Source of the DNA: a virus | Reading direction: 5' to 3' (one strand) | DNA: 64,000 nucleotides | IMG/VR virus record: IMGVR_UViG_3300002134_000110 | In this document: positions 25,771-36,619 of the stretch, piece after piece | How positions within the stretch are numbered: the stretch's first letter is position 1 | Layout: the number at the start of each line of letters is the position of its first letter | The notes under the pieces: generated by a model | Database searches by the model: none | The model's input: the letters and a program-made list of their open reading frames with translations, nothing else | What the model was told of the DNA's origin: nothing | Program-made: the position numbers and the translations under genes

Positions 25771-26217
25771 TTATTTATTTTTTTTATTATATTCTTCAAG
25801 AGTCATAGAATATAAAAAATCTTCTATTTCCTCCATGTTTTCTGTATTTGTTGGATTTTTATGTACATTTATAAATAAGCAATCTTCTACACAGTAAATT
25901 AATCGCTTAGCTCCTTTCTTTGACTTTTCATAGCACGGAGCAATATGCTCAACTACTTCGCCGCAATCATTAACAATTATTCTACCTTTTAATAAAAACC
26001 AAAAATGATCTGTATGATGTATTGCGCTAACTACTATGCTTCCAGCTTTCATTTCCATTTTGCGCATATATAATTGATCTGAAAAATCATGCGTAATAGG
26101 GAAGTCTTCGTTATTAACTAAGCTTTCGCCGTCACCGTATAAACCTTCTTTATCGTTATTTGCTATAATAATATCTTGAAAATTTTCTAATTTTTTATAA
26201 AATTGAGTTAATTTCAT
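25771..26217 (-). CDS. cupin-like small beta-barrel protein (candidate)
   Basis: MKAGSIVVSAIHHTDHFWFLLKGRIIVND ... EHIAP resembles a cupin motif pair; weak. Confidence 0.4.
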   Translation of the reverse strand: MKLTQFYKKLENFQDIIIANNDKEGLYGDGESLVNNEDFPITHDFSDQLYMRKMEMKAGSIVVSAIHHTDHFWFLLKGRIIVNDCGEVVEHIAPCYEKSKKGAKRLIYCVEDCLFINVHKNPTNTENMEEIEDFLYSMTLEEYNKKNK

Positions 26218-26227
26218 TTAATTTCGT

Positions 26228-27652
26228 TTAATACGAAGATACAACAAAATTTGATCCAACGCTCCAAAGCTCTTTTGGCCCTCCAACATTAGTTATATTA
26301 TCTGTTGAAAAAGTAACAGTAGCGAAAAATCCTTTAATACCAGACATTTCATTACCCCATACAACTTCGCCATCTCTGGCTGGACTATTATTTACTAAAT
26401 TAGCAAAATATTTGTTTTCTTTTCTATCAAAACCTAATCTATAAATAACACCACCATCATTGTATGTTTGATTATAACTAGGTACTTGAGCGGTTGTGTC
26501 GTCATAACTAACCCAGCCATTATTTACATAATCATATCTTTGAGCATCAGATGTAAAACTAGTTACTTGCCAACCATTATCCCCTTCGTAATTTACTGTC
26601 TGAAAGTTTTTAGATACAGATGAGTTTTGATTAAATACAAAAGTTATATTTGATGGTGCATAGGCGCCGTAAAAAGTACCTCTATTGGTTCCGTTAACAT
26701 TACTATAGTGTTCATATATAGAGCCATTCTTAAAGCTATAGAATTTATTCTTAAGACTTGTTATATATGTTGGCTTATAGGTAAAGAAGCTATTCCAACC
26801 ATTAACTAATTCGTCAAATGTTAAAGTAGCATAAGTAGAAGCGCTATCGGAACTGCCTTGTAAAGCCCTGGTTTTTTGTATAGACAGGGTGTAGTTTTTA
26901 TTATGTATGTCATATGCTCCAACCATAGCCCCATTGTCGCTTAGAGCAGTCATGGTGTCTCTAAAGTAATCCACCATACCATAAGCAGATATTTCTGTTA
27001 AACCATCCATAGAAAGCCTTAAAACAGCGTTTCTATCTTTATCTGTAAAGTATTTTTGATAACCATAAACAGCAAAGCTTTCTGGGTTTCTACTAATACC
27101 ATAATTTCCTGCATAAGGAACAATTTGGCCTATAACTAGTTGTGTCGATGTTATCGCTGCATTACCCTCAGCAGAGTATATAGCGTCTTTATCTATTAAA
27201 GCCCTACTAACTTTACTTTCTTGAAATACTATTAGGTTTGTATCTTCCGCAAATAGCTTTTGTATTGAACCATTAACGGGATCTAATGATCTAGTAATGC
27301 TTTCGCCAACAGAGAATTGATTAGTGTTGTTTACACCTGTTCTTGAATTAAATATACCAGAGTATATTAAAGAGTTTTGTCTTACTTGTTGTTCTGGAAA
27401 TTCTTCCGTTATATAAGCCCTAACTCCTAGGTCAACTTGTGTATTGTTATACCCTCCTCTAATCCTTGATTCTTCTACAAACCAATTATTGTCTCCATTA
27501 GTTCCATTACCAGGAAAAGCCACAACGCCAATTATTGGAATATCCTCATTATAAGGGTATCCATTTGGCCATACCGGATCATTCCCGATACCACCCCGAA
27601 TCTGTTTTGCCCAAAACGAATTAAAGTATGATATTTCTATTGATGCTGCCAT
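26228..27652 (-). CDS. virion structural protein (474 aa)
   Basis: Long ORF in the late arm with beta-rich Asn/Ser/Tyr/Gly composition. Confidence 0.65.
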   Translation of the reverse strand: MAASIEISYFNSFWAKQIRGGIGNDPVWPNGYPYNEDIPIIGVVAFPGNGTNGDNNWFVEESRIRGGYNNTQVDLGVRAYITEEFPEQQVRQNSLIYSGIFNSRTGVNNTNQFSVGESITRSLDPVNGSIQKLFAEDTNLIVFQESKVSRALIDKDAIYSAEGNAAITSTQLVIGQIVPYAGNYGISRNPESFAVYGYQKYFTDKDRNAVLRLSMDGLTEISAYGMVDYFRDTMTALSDNGAMVGAYDIHNKNYTLSIQKTRALQGSSDSASTYATLTFDELVNGWNSFFTYKPTYITSLKNKFYSFKNGSIYEHYSNVNGTNRGTFYGAYAPSNITFVFNQNSSVSKNFQTVNYEGDNGWQVTSFTSDAQRYDYVNNGWVSYDDTTAQVPSYNQTYNDGGVIYRLGFDRKENKYFANLVNNSPARDGEVVWGNEMSGIKGFFATVTFSTDNITNVGGPKELWSVGSNFVVSSY

Positions 27653-27681
27653 AATTTATAATCACTTATTTTATTCATTAT

Positions 27682-30600
27682 TTAAAAACAAACCCCCGCT
27701 ATTATATTTGAAGGCGCTCCGGTAGGCGTAGTGGTAGAACACTGGTCGAATTCTGTAGCCGTTTGAACCAAGTCCGAAGAACCGTCACAATTTGTCCATT
27801 GTATAGTTGACATTCCAGCGGGTGTTATTTTATAATTTTGACAAAACGAGCCAGTTACCTCTGCTTTGCAAAGATCCGCAGAGTTTATAATGCCTGTAAA
27901 TGTATGAGTAACAACTGAACTTTCTCCAGCAGCCTTAATAATAGTATTCACATTACCGTTTGGATCTGTAAATTCATACTTATGATTGCTACTTAAAATC
28001 CCTCCTCCGAATGTTTGTAGTGTTAAACTTACAGCATTTGATACTGGAATAGCACCACTGCTAGTTACTATAGTGTCTTGATAAATTGTTTGTGTATTGC
28101 TATCTGACCAAATAGCCAACCAAGATGGTGAATAAACTAAAGAACTAGTTGTAACGCTTCTAGGGGCCATAGCCACAGCACCAAAAGTAACATTAAAAGC
28201 ACAAGTAGAAGGAGCCACCGCTCCGCCATCATCCGCTAAACTAACGTTTACAGCATATTCTTTGTTATTTGTATGCACGTTATTTGGGTTTGTAATAATA
28301 CCAGTATTGGGATCTATAGAAAATATTCCTTGGCTAGTTACATCTAAGCCATCTAATATTACACTTCCAATGCTCCATACTAGCCCTTGTATTCTATTTG
28401 CATACAAAGCATTTATGTTTAATCCATTTTCACCAAGCGCGGTTGCAACATAATAATTATTGCCCGCGTTGCCCCCATAAATTAAGTTTGATCCACATGG
28501 AAAACTATATGTAGGGCTAATATTACTAAAATTACCTAAGAAAGATAATTGAGTGGTTTCAGTACCTACAATGCAGTTTACATAAAACACAAAATTTATT
28601 AAAGCAGGATCACCTACTCCATAATAAAAGAAATCATTTGTTTTTATATCAAAAGTGCCTGTTCCGTTGTCAACTAAGCTAAATCTACTTGTTATATTTG
28701 TTGGATTACCAGATATAGAATTTTCTACTTTAGCGAGAGTAAACGCTGCTCCAGCAACCGGTTGTCCTTGGGCGTCTAAAATAGACGCTGCAGACACAAC
28801 AGTAGCCCCTATATTCATGCCTTCATTTTGAGAATATCCCGCATTTAAATCTATTGCCGCAGGAGCAGATGTTCCTTCTGCTATAAGAGCATTTAAATCA
28901 CTTATTAACCCAACAGAACTAGTTTCCCAATATATGTCTAAAAGAGATTCCACTGGGGAAGTTTCATAAACACCAAGTGTTAAATTAAAATTAGAATTTG
29001 TTACACCTATAGCTTTAGATGTATTTATCCTACCTATTAACGGATTTGTTTCACTTTGATAAAATTCAGGATAAACTAAGCTTGCCCCTTGGGAAACATT
29101 GTAATTAGTGTCGGCTACCGTAGATATAGAAACCACCGTGTCTGAATTAGTGCCAGGATAATATTGATTGTTTAATGCCACTGTAGGATTAACCCTTCCA
29201 AATAACTGAACACTACTTCTATACTGTCTTTGGTCTGGTCCAACTTCAGATAAATCTCTTGGTACTTTATTTATATTATCATTTATTAATACTATGTTAG
29301 CTATACTGTTTTGATCAATTGTGCCTATTGGATAACCATTTAATATTCCCGGCAGATATACATTATAATAATCTTGTTCCGTTTGTTTAACAACTATTTT
29401 ATATGAATACCAACCCAATGGGTTTGTTTCACTATATAACCCTGGTTCTCCTTGAGTATTTACGTCACTAATAATGCCGGGGCTATCAAATACAACTCTT
29501 AATGCATACCCGGGCCAATGAAGTATAGTAGACGGCGCTGATTTATAGTAAGGCACAAAAATTGTAGACCCCCCATAAGCTACTAGCCCAACGGTTTGCC
29601 CTAAACTTTCATCATCTTTGGAGGATAATATAACGGAGGATTGTCTGCCAAATTTATCACAAAGCACTATTCCAACTTGATAGTTCCTATTTTGTTTCAA
29701 AGTATGATTAGGATATTCTATTGAACTATATATTTTATTTGGTTCAGAAAAATTAAATTCTTTAGAGTAATATCCAACCCCATAATTTATGGATTCAGGA
29801 GGGGTATTTTTGTCTACAAAGTTACCATACATAACCCTGTTCCCAGCGACTTCTTGTGCTAAAGCTCTTACGGGTACCATATCATAAACCCTTGTTGTTT
29901 GGTCAGAGGGTAAAGTTTTATATGGCTTGCTAGATATATAAGTAAAGTTGTAAATGTTTTCTACTGTAAATGCCTTATTATAAGCAACAACACTGTTAAC
30001 AATGCTAATAGGAATAGACTCAACTGCTTTAATAATGGTTGAATCTGATTCTTTACAAAGTATTTCAATATCTGTTACATGCTGGGCAACACCCATATCC
30101 TCATAGGGCAGCTGTATATTTAAACCTATTTCTGTAACGTTATTTTCAAAAAATTGTACTACTGTACTTCTATAGGCTTCTTCTTGATCGCCGTCTAAAA
30201 AATAACCTTGTTGTTTAGGAATAAAACAAATTTGAGTAAATGGGGCTATTAAAGAATACTCCCCATCATCAAACTTATACCTATAGCTAAATCTTATAAG
30301 CCTGTCTTTTAAATAATTTGGGTCTCCTGCCCAATTAGATAAATAATCCGGGTTTTCAGGTGAAGGCGGTGCCGGAGGGTAACCGGGAAGGTATCGTTGA
30401 GAGGGGTTAACCATTGTAGAAACTAACGGTTGATTTTCAGCTAAATTAACTAACTTAATTGGATTAATTGGTAAAGGTTTTGCTACAGAGATAGTGTCTT
30501 CAGACATATAATACCCTGTTGAATTAGCTGCGGACTGTACGTTTATTTTTCTTGGTTGGTTTCTATTATCAGTCCAAAATAATAAATCCTCTAATAAGTT

Positions 30601-31011
30601 TACGCCTATTATTGGGCTGCTCTTTGAAAAGTTTAAAAATCTACCTTCAGCAAGTTTTGTTGGTGGTGTGTTGGCAGTAGACGGATTATATCTGTATATA
30701 AAACATTTAGCATCTACTGGGGCAAATACGTTATTAAGAGCTGACGAATCCGTATAGTCTGTTAAAAATAAATAAATATAGTTTGTTGCGTTATCGGCTA
30801 AAAAACCAATAACGTCTAAATTTGCAATACCTAAATTAGTAACATCTATTTGAGAGTTACCCAATATATTTTCTAAAGCGCCAACATCAGAACCTTCTGA
30901 CCTACTTATAGAAATATTTTGTGCATTTCTGTATTCTCCAGTTGGAACAAGCCTGTCATCCAGGTCTTTGTTCATTTTAGATTTTATAAAAGTATTTTGA
31001 ATTTCAGCCAT
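27682..31011 (-). CDS. large virion structural protein (1109 aa), tail tube/nozzle candidate
   Basis: Position downstream of capsid genes and upstream of the internal-protein candidates; size and beta-rich composition. Confidence 0.55.
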   Translation of the reverse strand: MAEIQNTFIKSKMNKDLDDRLVPTGEYRNAQNISISRSEGSDVGALENILGNSQIDVTNLGIANLDVIGFLADNATNYIYLFLTDYTDSSALNNVFAPVDAKCFIYRYNPSTANTPPTKLAEGRFLNFSKSSPIIGVNLLEDLLFWTDNRNQPRKINVQSAANSTGYYMSEDTISVAKPLPINPIKLVNLAENQPLVSTMVNPSQRYLPGYPPAPPSPENPDYLSNWAGDPNYLKDRLIRFSYRYKFDDGEYSLIAPFTQICFIPKQQGYFLDGDQEEAYRSTVVQFFENNVTEIGLNIQLPYEDMGVAQHVTDIEILCKESDSTIIKAVESIPISIVNSVVAYNKAFTVENIYNFTYISSKPYKTLPSDQTTRVYDMVPVRALAQEVAGNRVMYGNFVDKNTPPESINYGVGYYSKEFNFSEPNKIYSSIEYPNHTLKQNRNYQVGIVLCDKFGRQSSVILSSKDDESLGQTVGLVAYGGSTIFVPYYKSAPSTILHWPGYALRVVFDSPGIISDVNTQGEPGLYSETNPLGWYSYKIVVKQTEQDYYNVYLPGILNGYPIGTIDQNSIANIVLINDNINKVPRDLSEVGPDQRQYRSSVQLFGRVNPTVALNNQYYPGTNSDTVVSISTVADTNYNVSQGASLVYPEFYQSETNPLIGRINTSKAIGVTNSNFNLTLGVYETSPVESLLDIYWETSSVGLISDLNALIAEGTSAPAAIDLNAGYSQNEGMNIGATVVSAASILDAQGQPVAGAAFTLAKVENSISGNPTNITSRFSLVDNGTGTFDIKTNDFFYYGVGDPALINFVFYVNCIVGTETTQLSFLGNFSNISPTYSFPCGSNLIYGGNAGNNYYVATALGENGLNINALYANRIQGLVWSIGSVILDGLDVTSQGIFSIDPNTGIITNPNNVHTNNKEYAVNVSLADDGGAVAPSTCAFNVTFGAVAMAPRSVTTSSLVYSPSWLAIWSDSNTQTIYQDTIVTSSGAIPVSNAVSLTLQTFGGGILSSNHKYEFTDPNGNVNTIIKAAGESSVVTHTFTGIINSADLCKAEVTGSFCQNYKITPAGMSTIQWTNCDGSSDLVQTATEFDQCSTTTPTGAPSNIIAGVCF

Positions 31012-31015
31012 CTAA

Positions 31016-32239
31016 TTAATGTTTAATCCATTTAGATTGTCCTCTCATAACTTGAACAATCTCACTTAATTTAATATTGGATAATCTTATTTTTGCATTT
31101 CTGAGTGCAGCAGATTTTTCTCTTTTAAATCTTTGTACTACATATTCTGGTTGATTAGCTCTTGTGGCTAATATACTATATACTAAATGCAAGTACATAG
31201 CCTCTTCCGCCATCTTAGGAACTTTTGTGTCCATATCATAGGCTAACCCATCAGATATGTATTCTAATATAATTAAAGCGCCTACAAGATCACTTGAGAA
31301 AGATATTTTACCTTCTCTTTCGTTTATTGTAAACCACCCGTTTACATTAGCATTTTGTGGATCTAGCCCATAAGCCCTTCCAAAGAAATTGCCGTTGGCC
31401 CATGCCGCATTATTAGAATCCAGTCCTTTGTTGTAATCGTTTAATGAAGCTATGTTGTTTACAAGCATAGTGTTTGCAATATCCCACCTTTTTTCTGTTT
31501 GAGAAGACCCTTGTAGGTTTTCTTCGTAGTTATCTTGAACAGGAACACCCTCGTTATCCTGTAAAGGTGTTGTATAAGGATTACTAGTTAATTGTGTAGG
31601 ATATATTTGGTGCTTTACGCCTAAGTTATCTACCCAAGACATTTTAACATAATTAACAAAGTCTTGTGGTATAACTACACTAAGGCTTGGGGGTACATTT
31701 AACTCTTGTGATTTTATACTTTTTAAAGTATCATAGCTAAACTCTTGTAATCCTCTTTTAGCATGAAATACTACATCAGTTCTTTTAACATCTAATATTA
31801 GCTTTCCTGCTCCTACATAAGCAACTAAAAAGTTGTTTATTATATCATTTAAAGTTACATAAGAATAACCGCCGTAATTATTTTCAACAGCGTCGCCAAA
31901 AGCATTTTCATTGCCGTAGTTTCCGCCGCTGTTACTTTTAAGTTGTATTACTAAATAACTGTTAGCAGAAAGTCCTGTAGCTAATGTGATAACATTATCT
32001 ACAACAGTATAAGGCAAAGTATATTCGCCAAAAGTTCCTGGTAATCCTGATCCGCTAGTATATAAAACAAAATTATTTAATCCATAATCTGATGTATTAG
32101 GATTATAAGAACCAAAAACTAAATTGGTATTAAAAGTTGAAGTAAATGCTATCTGACCATTAGTTGCAGTAAAGCTCTGTGAACCAGCGTAGTATTGACT
32201 ATTTGTTTCGGTTATTAAACCATTATTAGGTTGCGCCAT
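31016..32239 (-). CDS. virion structural protein (407 aa), tail/adaptor candidate
   Basis: Position only. Confidence 0.55.
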   Translation of the reverse strand: MAQPNNGLITETNSQYYAGSQSFTATNGQIAFTSTFNTNLVFGSYNPNTSDYGLNNFVLYTSGSGLPGTFGEYTLPYTVVDNVITLATGLSANSYLVIQLKSNSGGNYGNENAFGDAVENNYGGYSYVTLNDIINNFLVAYVGAGKLILDVKRTDVVFHAKRGLQEFSYDTLKSIKSQELNVPPSLSVVIPQDFVNYVKMSWVDNLGVKHQIYPTQLTSNPYTTPLQDNEGVPVQDNYEENLQGSSQTEKRWDIANTMLVNNIASLNDYNKGLDSNNAAWANGNFFGRAYGLDPQNANVNGWFTINEREGKISFSSDLVGALIILEYISDGLAYDMDTKVPKMAEEAMYLHLVYSILATRANQPEYVVQRFKREKSAALRNAKIRLSNIKLSEIVQVMRGQSKWIKH

Positions 32240-32245
32240 AATCTA

Positions 32246-32977
32246 TTAGCTTTTTTGATTTACGTCCTCTGCTTGTGCTTGTTGAGCAGCTACTTGGATT
32301 ATTTGTGGATCTTTAATGACAATACCCATATAAAGTAACACGTTTGTTATAACCGTTGTTTGTTCTGTAGCATCTAACTCAAATTGTGTAGATGTTGCAG
32401 GATTATATATATAAGGTCCTGATGCCCAAGTGCCCCCTCCTAATTGTTGATAACCCCAAATAACATTAGCCGGTTTTCTAACATAAGAAACCGTAATATC
32501 AGCAGCAGTTGTGATTGTTTTTGGATAAACATATATACGTGGTGGATTTGTAGTGGTTCCATCTTCGTAGACGTATATAGGATAAATAGTAGTTGGCTTA
32601 GTTAAAGAAGAAAGATTTATAGTTAACAATTCGTTTCTTTGAACTCTTTGTAATTCTTTTTCGTCCTTGTATATTACTGTGCCAATTCTATGCGTATTAC
32701 CTGGTGGCAAAAAATAACCCCCAGCATTATAAGTACAATTACCCATAGTTTTAAATATGGATATATTATTGTCAATGTTTTTTTGTCTGTCAGCATATTC
32801 GCTGTCAACTTGCGGCACACGGAGTTGTTGATTAAGATCTTCAAAGTACTTTTCAAATATTTCTAATTGAACTTGTGTACCTATCTTATTAAACTCATCA
32901 GGCGTTACATAACCCCTTTGTTCTTTATTTAGTATTAACAAGACTGTTTTGTAAACTGTATCTACGTTTATTGCCAT
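32246..32977 (-). CDS. virion structural protein (243 aa)
   Basis: Position only. Confidence 0.55.
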   Translation of the reverse strand: MAINVDTVYKTVLLILNKEQRGYVTPDEFNKIGTQVQLEIFEKYFEDLNQQLRVPQVDSEYADRQKNIDNNISIFKTMGNCTYNAGGYFLPPGNTHRIGTVIYKDEKELQRVQRNELLTINLSSLTKPTTIYPIYVYEDGTTTNPPRIYVYPKTITTAADITVSYVRKPANVIWGYQQLGGGTWASGPYIYNPATSTQFELDATEQTTVITNVLLYMGIVIKDPQIIQVAAQQAQAEDVNQKS

Positions 32978-33039
32978 TTTATATTGTTGTTATAATATAA
33001 GGGGCGAAATGAATCACCCCATATATTTAGTATTACGTA

Positions 33040-33876
33040 CTATTTAAATTTTTTCTCTATAGACCTGAAGATTTCAACACCTTCGTCTGTCTTAAAGAAA
33101 GCTGCCATTGCAGAGTATGGATTTTCATCAAAAGGAACAGTCATTAGTTTGGCATTATTAGTGCCCCACATAAATGTTCTTTGGTCTTGTGATAGTTTTA
33201 TAATTCCAGCCTCTGAAGCTTTGATTGCAAAATTCCTTAGCTGTACATTTTCGTCATTAGCTAATTCCATAAATAAGTATGGATTTCTTTTTGCAAATAA
33301 TAATAGATCTCTTTTTATTTCTTTAGAGCTCATAGTAGAAACAGCAGACCCAACTTCAACTCTTAATATAGCCTCCGCTTGGTCAACATCTATTTCTCTA
33401 GCCGCCACTAAAGCATCTATTTGAATATCTAAATCTTCCAGTTCATTATTAGCGGTTTGCACCGCATCAAATTCAGCATACTTTCCGTTTAAACCCGGAT
33501 GGTACATTGATAATAATTTCTGTAAGTTTTGTTTTTCTTTTGGAACAAATAATGTACCGTTTTTAAATATAACATGCCCTAACGTAGCCTCACCTTTCTG
33601 TTCTTGAACAAACGGGGAGTTTTGATTAGTTGCATATCTAATTTCTTTTTGATTACCAGTTTCTTTATCAAACCATAAAAGCGGGTATCTTGATGTATGT
33701 CTAGATGCTAACGAGTAAGTCAATGGACTGTGCGAGCCTTTTAGAAAATAACTTCTATCTTTAATTTCCCACTCCGGTTTTGCTGGAGTCTTAATTTCTT
33801 TAACTGGTTTTTCAACTACAGTTACTACTGTTTCTTCAAAAGCTTCTTCTTGAGAAGCTATAAATTTTTTAGCCAT
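33040..33876 (-). CDS. hypothetical late protein (278 aa)
   Basis: First gene after the capsid-gene terminator. Confidence 0.6.
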   Translation of the reverse strand: MAKKFIASQEEAFEETVVTVVEKPVKEIKTPAKPEWEIKDRSYFLKGSHSPLTYSLASRHTSRYPLLWFDKETGNQKEIRYATNQNSPFVQEQKGEATLGHVIFKNGTLFVPKEKQNLQKLLSMYHPGLNGKYAEFDAVQTANNELEDLDIQIDALVAAREIDVDQAEAILRVEVGSAVSTMSSKEIKRDLLLFAKRNPYLFMELANDENVQLRNFAIKASEAGIIKLSQDQRTFMWGTNNAKLMTVPFDENPYSAMAAFFKTDEGVEIFRSIEKKFK

Positions 33877-33900
33877 AATATGATAAAATTAAATAAATAA

Positions 33901-33940
33901 TAAAAATAAAAATTACCCCCAATTTTATATCAGGGGTAAT
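33901..33940 (-). terminator. rho-independent terminator (attenuator) after the major capsid gene
   Basis: ATTACCCC-13 nt loop-GGGGTAAT, followed on the minus strand by TTTTATTTTTA; lies 16 nt past the capsid stop. Confidence 0.55.
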
Positions 33941-33955
33941 AATTACAAAGTTTGA

Positions 33956-35398
33956 TTATGCAGATGCAGTAAACAATACAAAATTGTTAGCCGCTTGAAC
34001 TACAAGACATCTTTCAGAAAGGAAGTGTACTTCCATAGCATCAAGAGCAGAAGTGTAAGCTCCACCTACAGAACCAGTGATCCAAGATTTCATTCTTCTG
34101 TCGTCAGCTTGAGAAGCTCTGTATCGTACGTGTAAGAATGGTCTTCTAATATTTGTTCCTAAGATTTGATCGTAAACTGTAGAAGTTCCAGCAGGAACTA
34201 ATATACCATCAATACCAGATCCTACTTGTCCAGCTCCGTTAGAAGCACCACGAGTAGAAGCATCGTTTAAGTATTTCCAGTCAGTTTTATAGAAATCGTA
34301 AGAACCTCTTCTGAATCCAGTGAAACCTAAGTTTAACGCCATTTCAGCAGAGTTTTCGAATAATCCGTAAGCAGTACCACCGTTTGCACCAGAAGATAAA
34401 CTAGCTAACATATCATCAAAATCTAATGAAGTTTGTCTGTTTAAGAATAACATGTTTTCTTCAATAGCTCCTTGAGTATCTAAGTTTTTCAAGATGCTAT
34501 CAAATTCAGCTAACCCAGCATTTGCTGTAAAGTTGTTTAATACGTTACCTCTTGATTGTACTGCGGCAAATAAACCTTCAGTACCTTTGTAACCATCAGC
34601 TCCTAAAGTAGAAGTTCCAGAAACTAATTCACCTTCAACTACTGCCATTTCTAAGTAATCCTCAAAACGCAACCTAGTTTCAGATTCAGCTTTTAAGTAC
34701 CATAAGTATCCAGATGCTCCATCTTCAGTGGCTACTTCAACCCATCCAATTTGTGCAGTATCAGATCCAGAGATAGCATATTTCTCTTTGATAATAATTG
34801 GAGAGTTAGAGAACTGAGTAAAAGAAGGAGTTACAGACTTAATATCAGAATCTGTAGTTCCTTTTTTGTATTCAGAACCATAAACGAAGATCTTAAGAGC
34901 CCCAGCTGTTGCGGATAAAGCTGTCATATCAGCCGCAGTATAAGGCTTAACTGTAATAGTAGCTAAAGTAGCTGATGTGTTAACACTATTAGTAACAAAA
35001 ACTTTGATGTCTTGTCCTGTTGCAGGATCAATAACTACTAAAGTTTGATTTTTAGAGATAACGTTAGCCACAAAGCTAGGGCCTGCAGTTGCATTTAATG
35101 CAAAAGTTAAAGTGGTTTCTGTAGCTTTAGTTACAGTATCATAAGCGATATGTAATCTGTTTTGCTCTGACCATACTACCTGATCTGAAGACATTGGCAT
35201 TTCAGCGCCAACCATCCTTAAGAATCCAGATAGAGTTCTATTTCCATAACGCTCTACTTCAGCCTCATAGATTTCTGGTAAATATTGTTGTGCGAAATCA
35301 TTTCCAGATCCGTCTGTAAAGTTTAAATAATTGCTCTCAAGAAGTTGTTGTTTTTGAGATGGTTTAATTGACCCATAAACGGGTGCGACTACTGCCAT
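33956..35398 (-). CDS. major capsid protein (candidate)
   Basis: 480-aa ORF directly after the acidic scaffold-like gene and followed by a terminator. Codon usage is visibly biased relative to its neighbours. Confidence 0.6.
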   Translation of the reverse strand: MAVVAPVYGSIKPSQKQQLLESNYLNFTDGSGNDFAQQYLPEIYEAEVERYGNRTLSGFLRMVGAEMPMSSDQVVWSEQNRLHIAYDTVTKATETTLTFALNATAGPSFVANVISKNQTLVVIDPATGQDIKVFVTNSVNTSATLATITVKPYTAADMTALSATAGALKIFVYGSEYKKGTTDSDIKSVTPSFTQFSNSPIIIKEKYAISGSDTAQIGWVEVATEDGASGYLWYLKAESETRLRFEDYLEMAVVEGELVSGTSTLGADGYKGTEGLFAAVQSRGNVLNNFTANAGLAEFDSILKNLDTQGAIEENMLFLNRQTSLDFDDMLASLSSGANGGTAYGLFENSAEMALNLGFTGFRRGSYDFYKTDWKYLNDASTRGASNGAGQVGSGIDGILVPAGTSTVYDQILGTNIRRPFLHVRYRASQADDRRMKSWITGSVGGAYTSALDAMEVHFLSERCLVVQAANNFVLFTASA

Positions 35399-35409
35399 AA
35401 TAAATTTTT

Positions 35410-36588
35410 TTAATTGTTAAATTTCTTTGTTTTAATTTTAAGTTTTGAAGAATCAAGACCGCTAATTGCTTTAACTTTTAATCCATTAATAAATACATCC
35501 CCCGCCGTTGTTTGTCTAGGCGTTGTAGATGGATTTTTAGAATTAGTAACAACTTCTTTTACTGCATCGGATTTTCCTTGCTCATAAAAGTGTGCTGCTA
35601 TTTTGTCAATGTTCTCAGCGGCATACATAGCTTTGTGATAACCTTTTGTATCTACAACTTCACCATTATCATTTAAGAACTTCTTAATTAGGTTATTGAT
35701 GTTTGATTGGTTTTCAGCTACTCGTTCAACATTTTGAATGCCATACCTAAATTTCTTTTCTCCTACATTGATGTCAAAACCTTTGAAATCATCAGAAAAA
35801 AGTTTTTGGGTATCAGCTTTGAATTTCTCATGTTGCTGAGCCGCCATGCTTTGCTCTTCGTTATATCGGTTGAAAAAGTCCATTGCTTTCTTTTGCTCTT
35901 GGGTAACACCAGGTCTCAACTTGATTTCCTCGTAATATTTACCTTTAATAGTTTCCAGATAGTCTTTGGCTTTTGCAACTTCTTCTTTAAAAGCGAGTTT
36001 TCTTTTTCTTATATCTCGCTCTTCGTCAAGTTCCTCATCATAGCTAAAGTTGTCTTCCATTAGGAATTCTATTTCTTCAGCGTCTAAATGCGGTCTTGTT
36101 TTTTTGTAATATTCTTTAAGTAATGTATTGTTATCTACATTTGTGTAATCAGCATTTAACCTAACATAGTCTTCAACCGTTCCACCAGTCTCTTCCATAA
36201 AAGAAACTAATTTTTCAATGTTTTCAGGTAACGCCCTTCCCGTTTCTTTTGATTCAGCAATTGCTTCCTGTACGTCTTCGGTTAATTTTTGTGTTTCTTC
36301 AACAACTTCTTCATCAGTTATTTCTTGAATAACTACTGGCTCTTCTTCAACAACCTCTTTGGCAACGACTTTTTGTTCTTCGTTTCCTTCGACCACTTCT
36401 TGCAATCCCAATTCGGGTTGTTCTGCGCGTAACACGCTTTCATCTGTGACTTGCTCTTGAATGGCATCCTCTTCTTTTTTAGGTGTTAAATCAACTTTAG
36501 TAACATTGCTATTACTATTTAGTTTTTTCATTGCAGGTTTTTTCTTTTGCAATTTGAAATTCCCTTCTTGTTTTACTGTTTCTGACAT
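35410..36588 (-). CDS. scaffolding protein (candidate)
   Basis: Highly acidic, Glu/Lys-rich, helical composition (EEEPVVIQEITDEEVVEETQK); lies between the portal and capsid candidates. Confidence 0.55.
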   Translation of the reverse strand: MSETVKQEGNFKLQKKKPAMKKLNSNSNVTKVDLTPKKEEDAIQEQVTDESVLRAEQPELGLQEVVEGNEEQKVVAKEVVEEEPVVIQEITDEEVVEETQKLTEDVQEAIAESKETGRALPENIEKLVSFMEETGGTVEDYVRLNADYTNVDNNTLLKEYYKKTRPHLDAEEIEFLMEDNFSYDEELDEERDIRKRKLAFKEEVAKAKDYLETIKGKYYEEIKLRPGVTQEQKKAMDFFNRYNEEQSMAAQQHEKFKADTQKLFSDDFKGFDINVGEKKFRYGIQNVERVAENQSNINNLIKKFLNDNGEVVDTKGYHKAMYAAENIDKIAAHFYEQGKSDAVKEVVTNSKNPSTTPRQTTAGDVFINGLKVKAISGLDSSKLKIKTKKFNN

Positions 36589-36619
36589 GATATGATAATA
36601 TAAAATTAATTAGTGTTTT

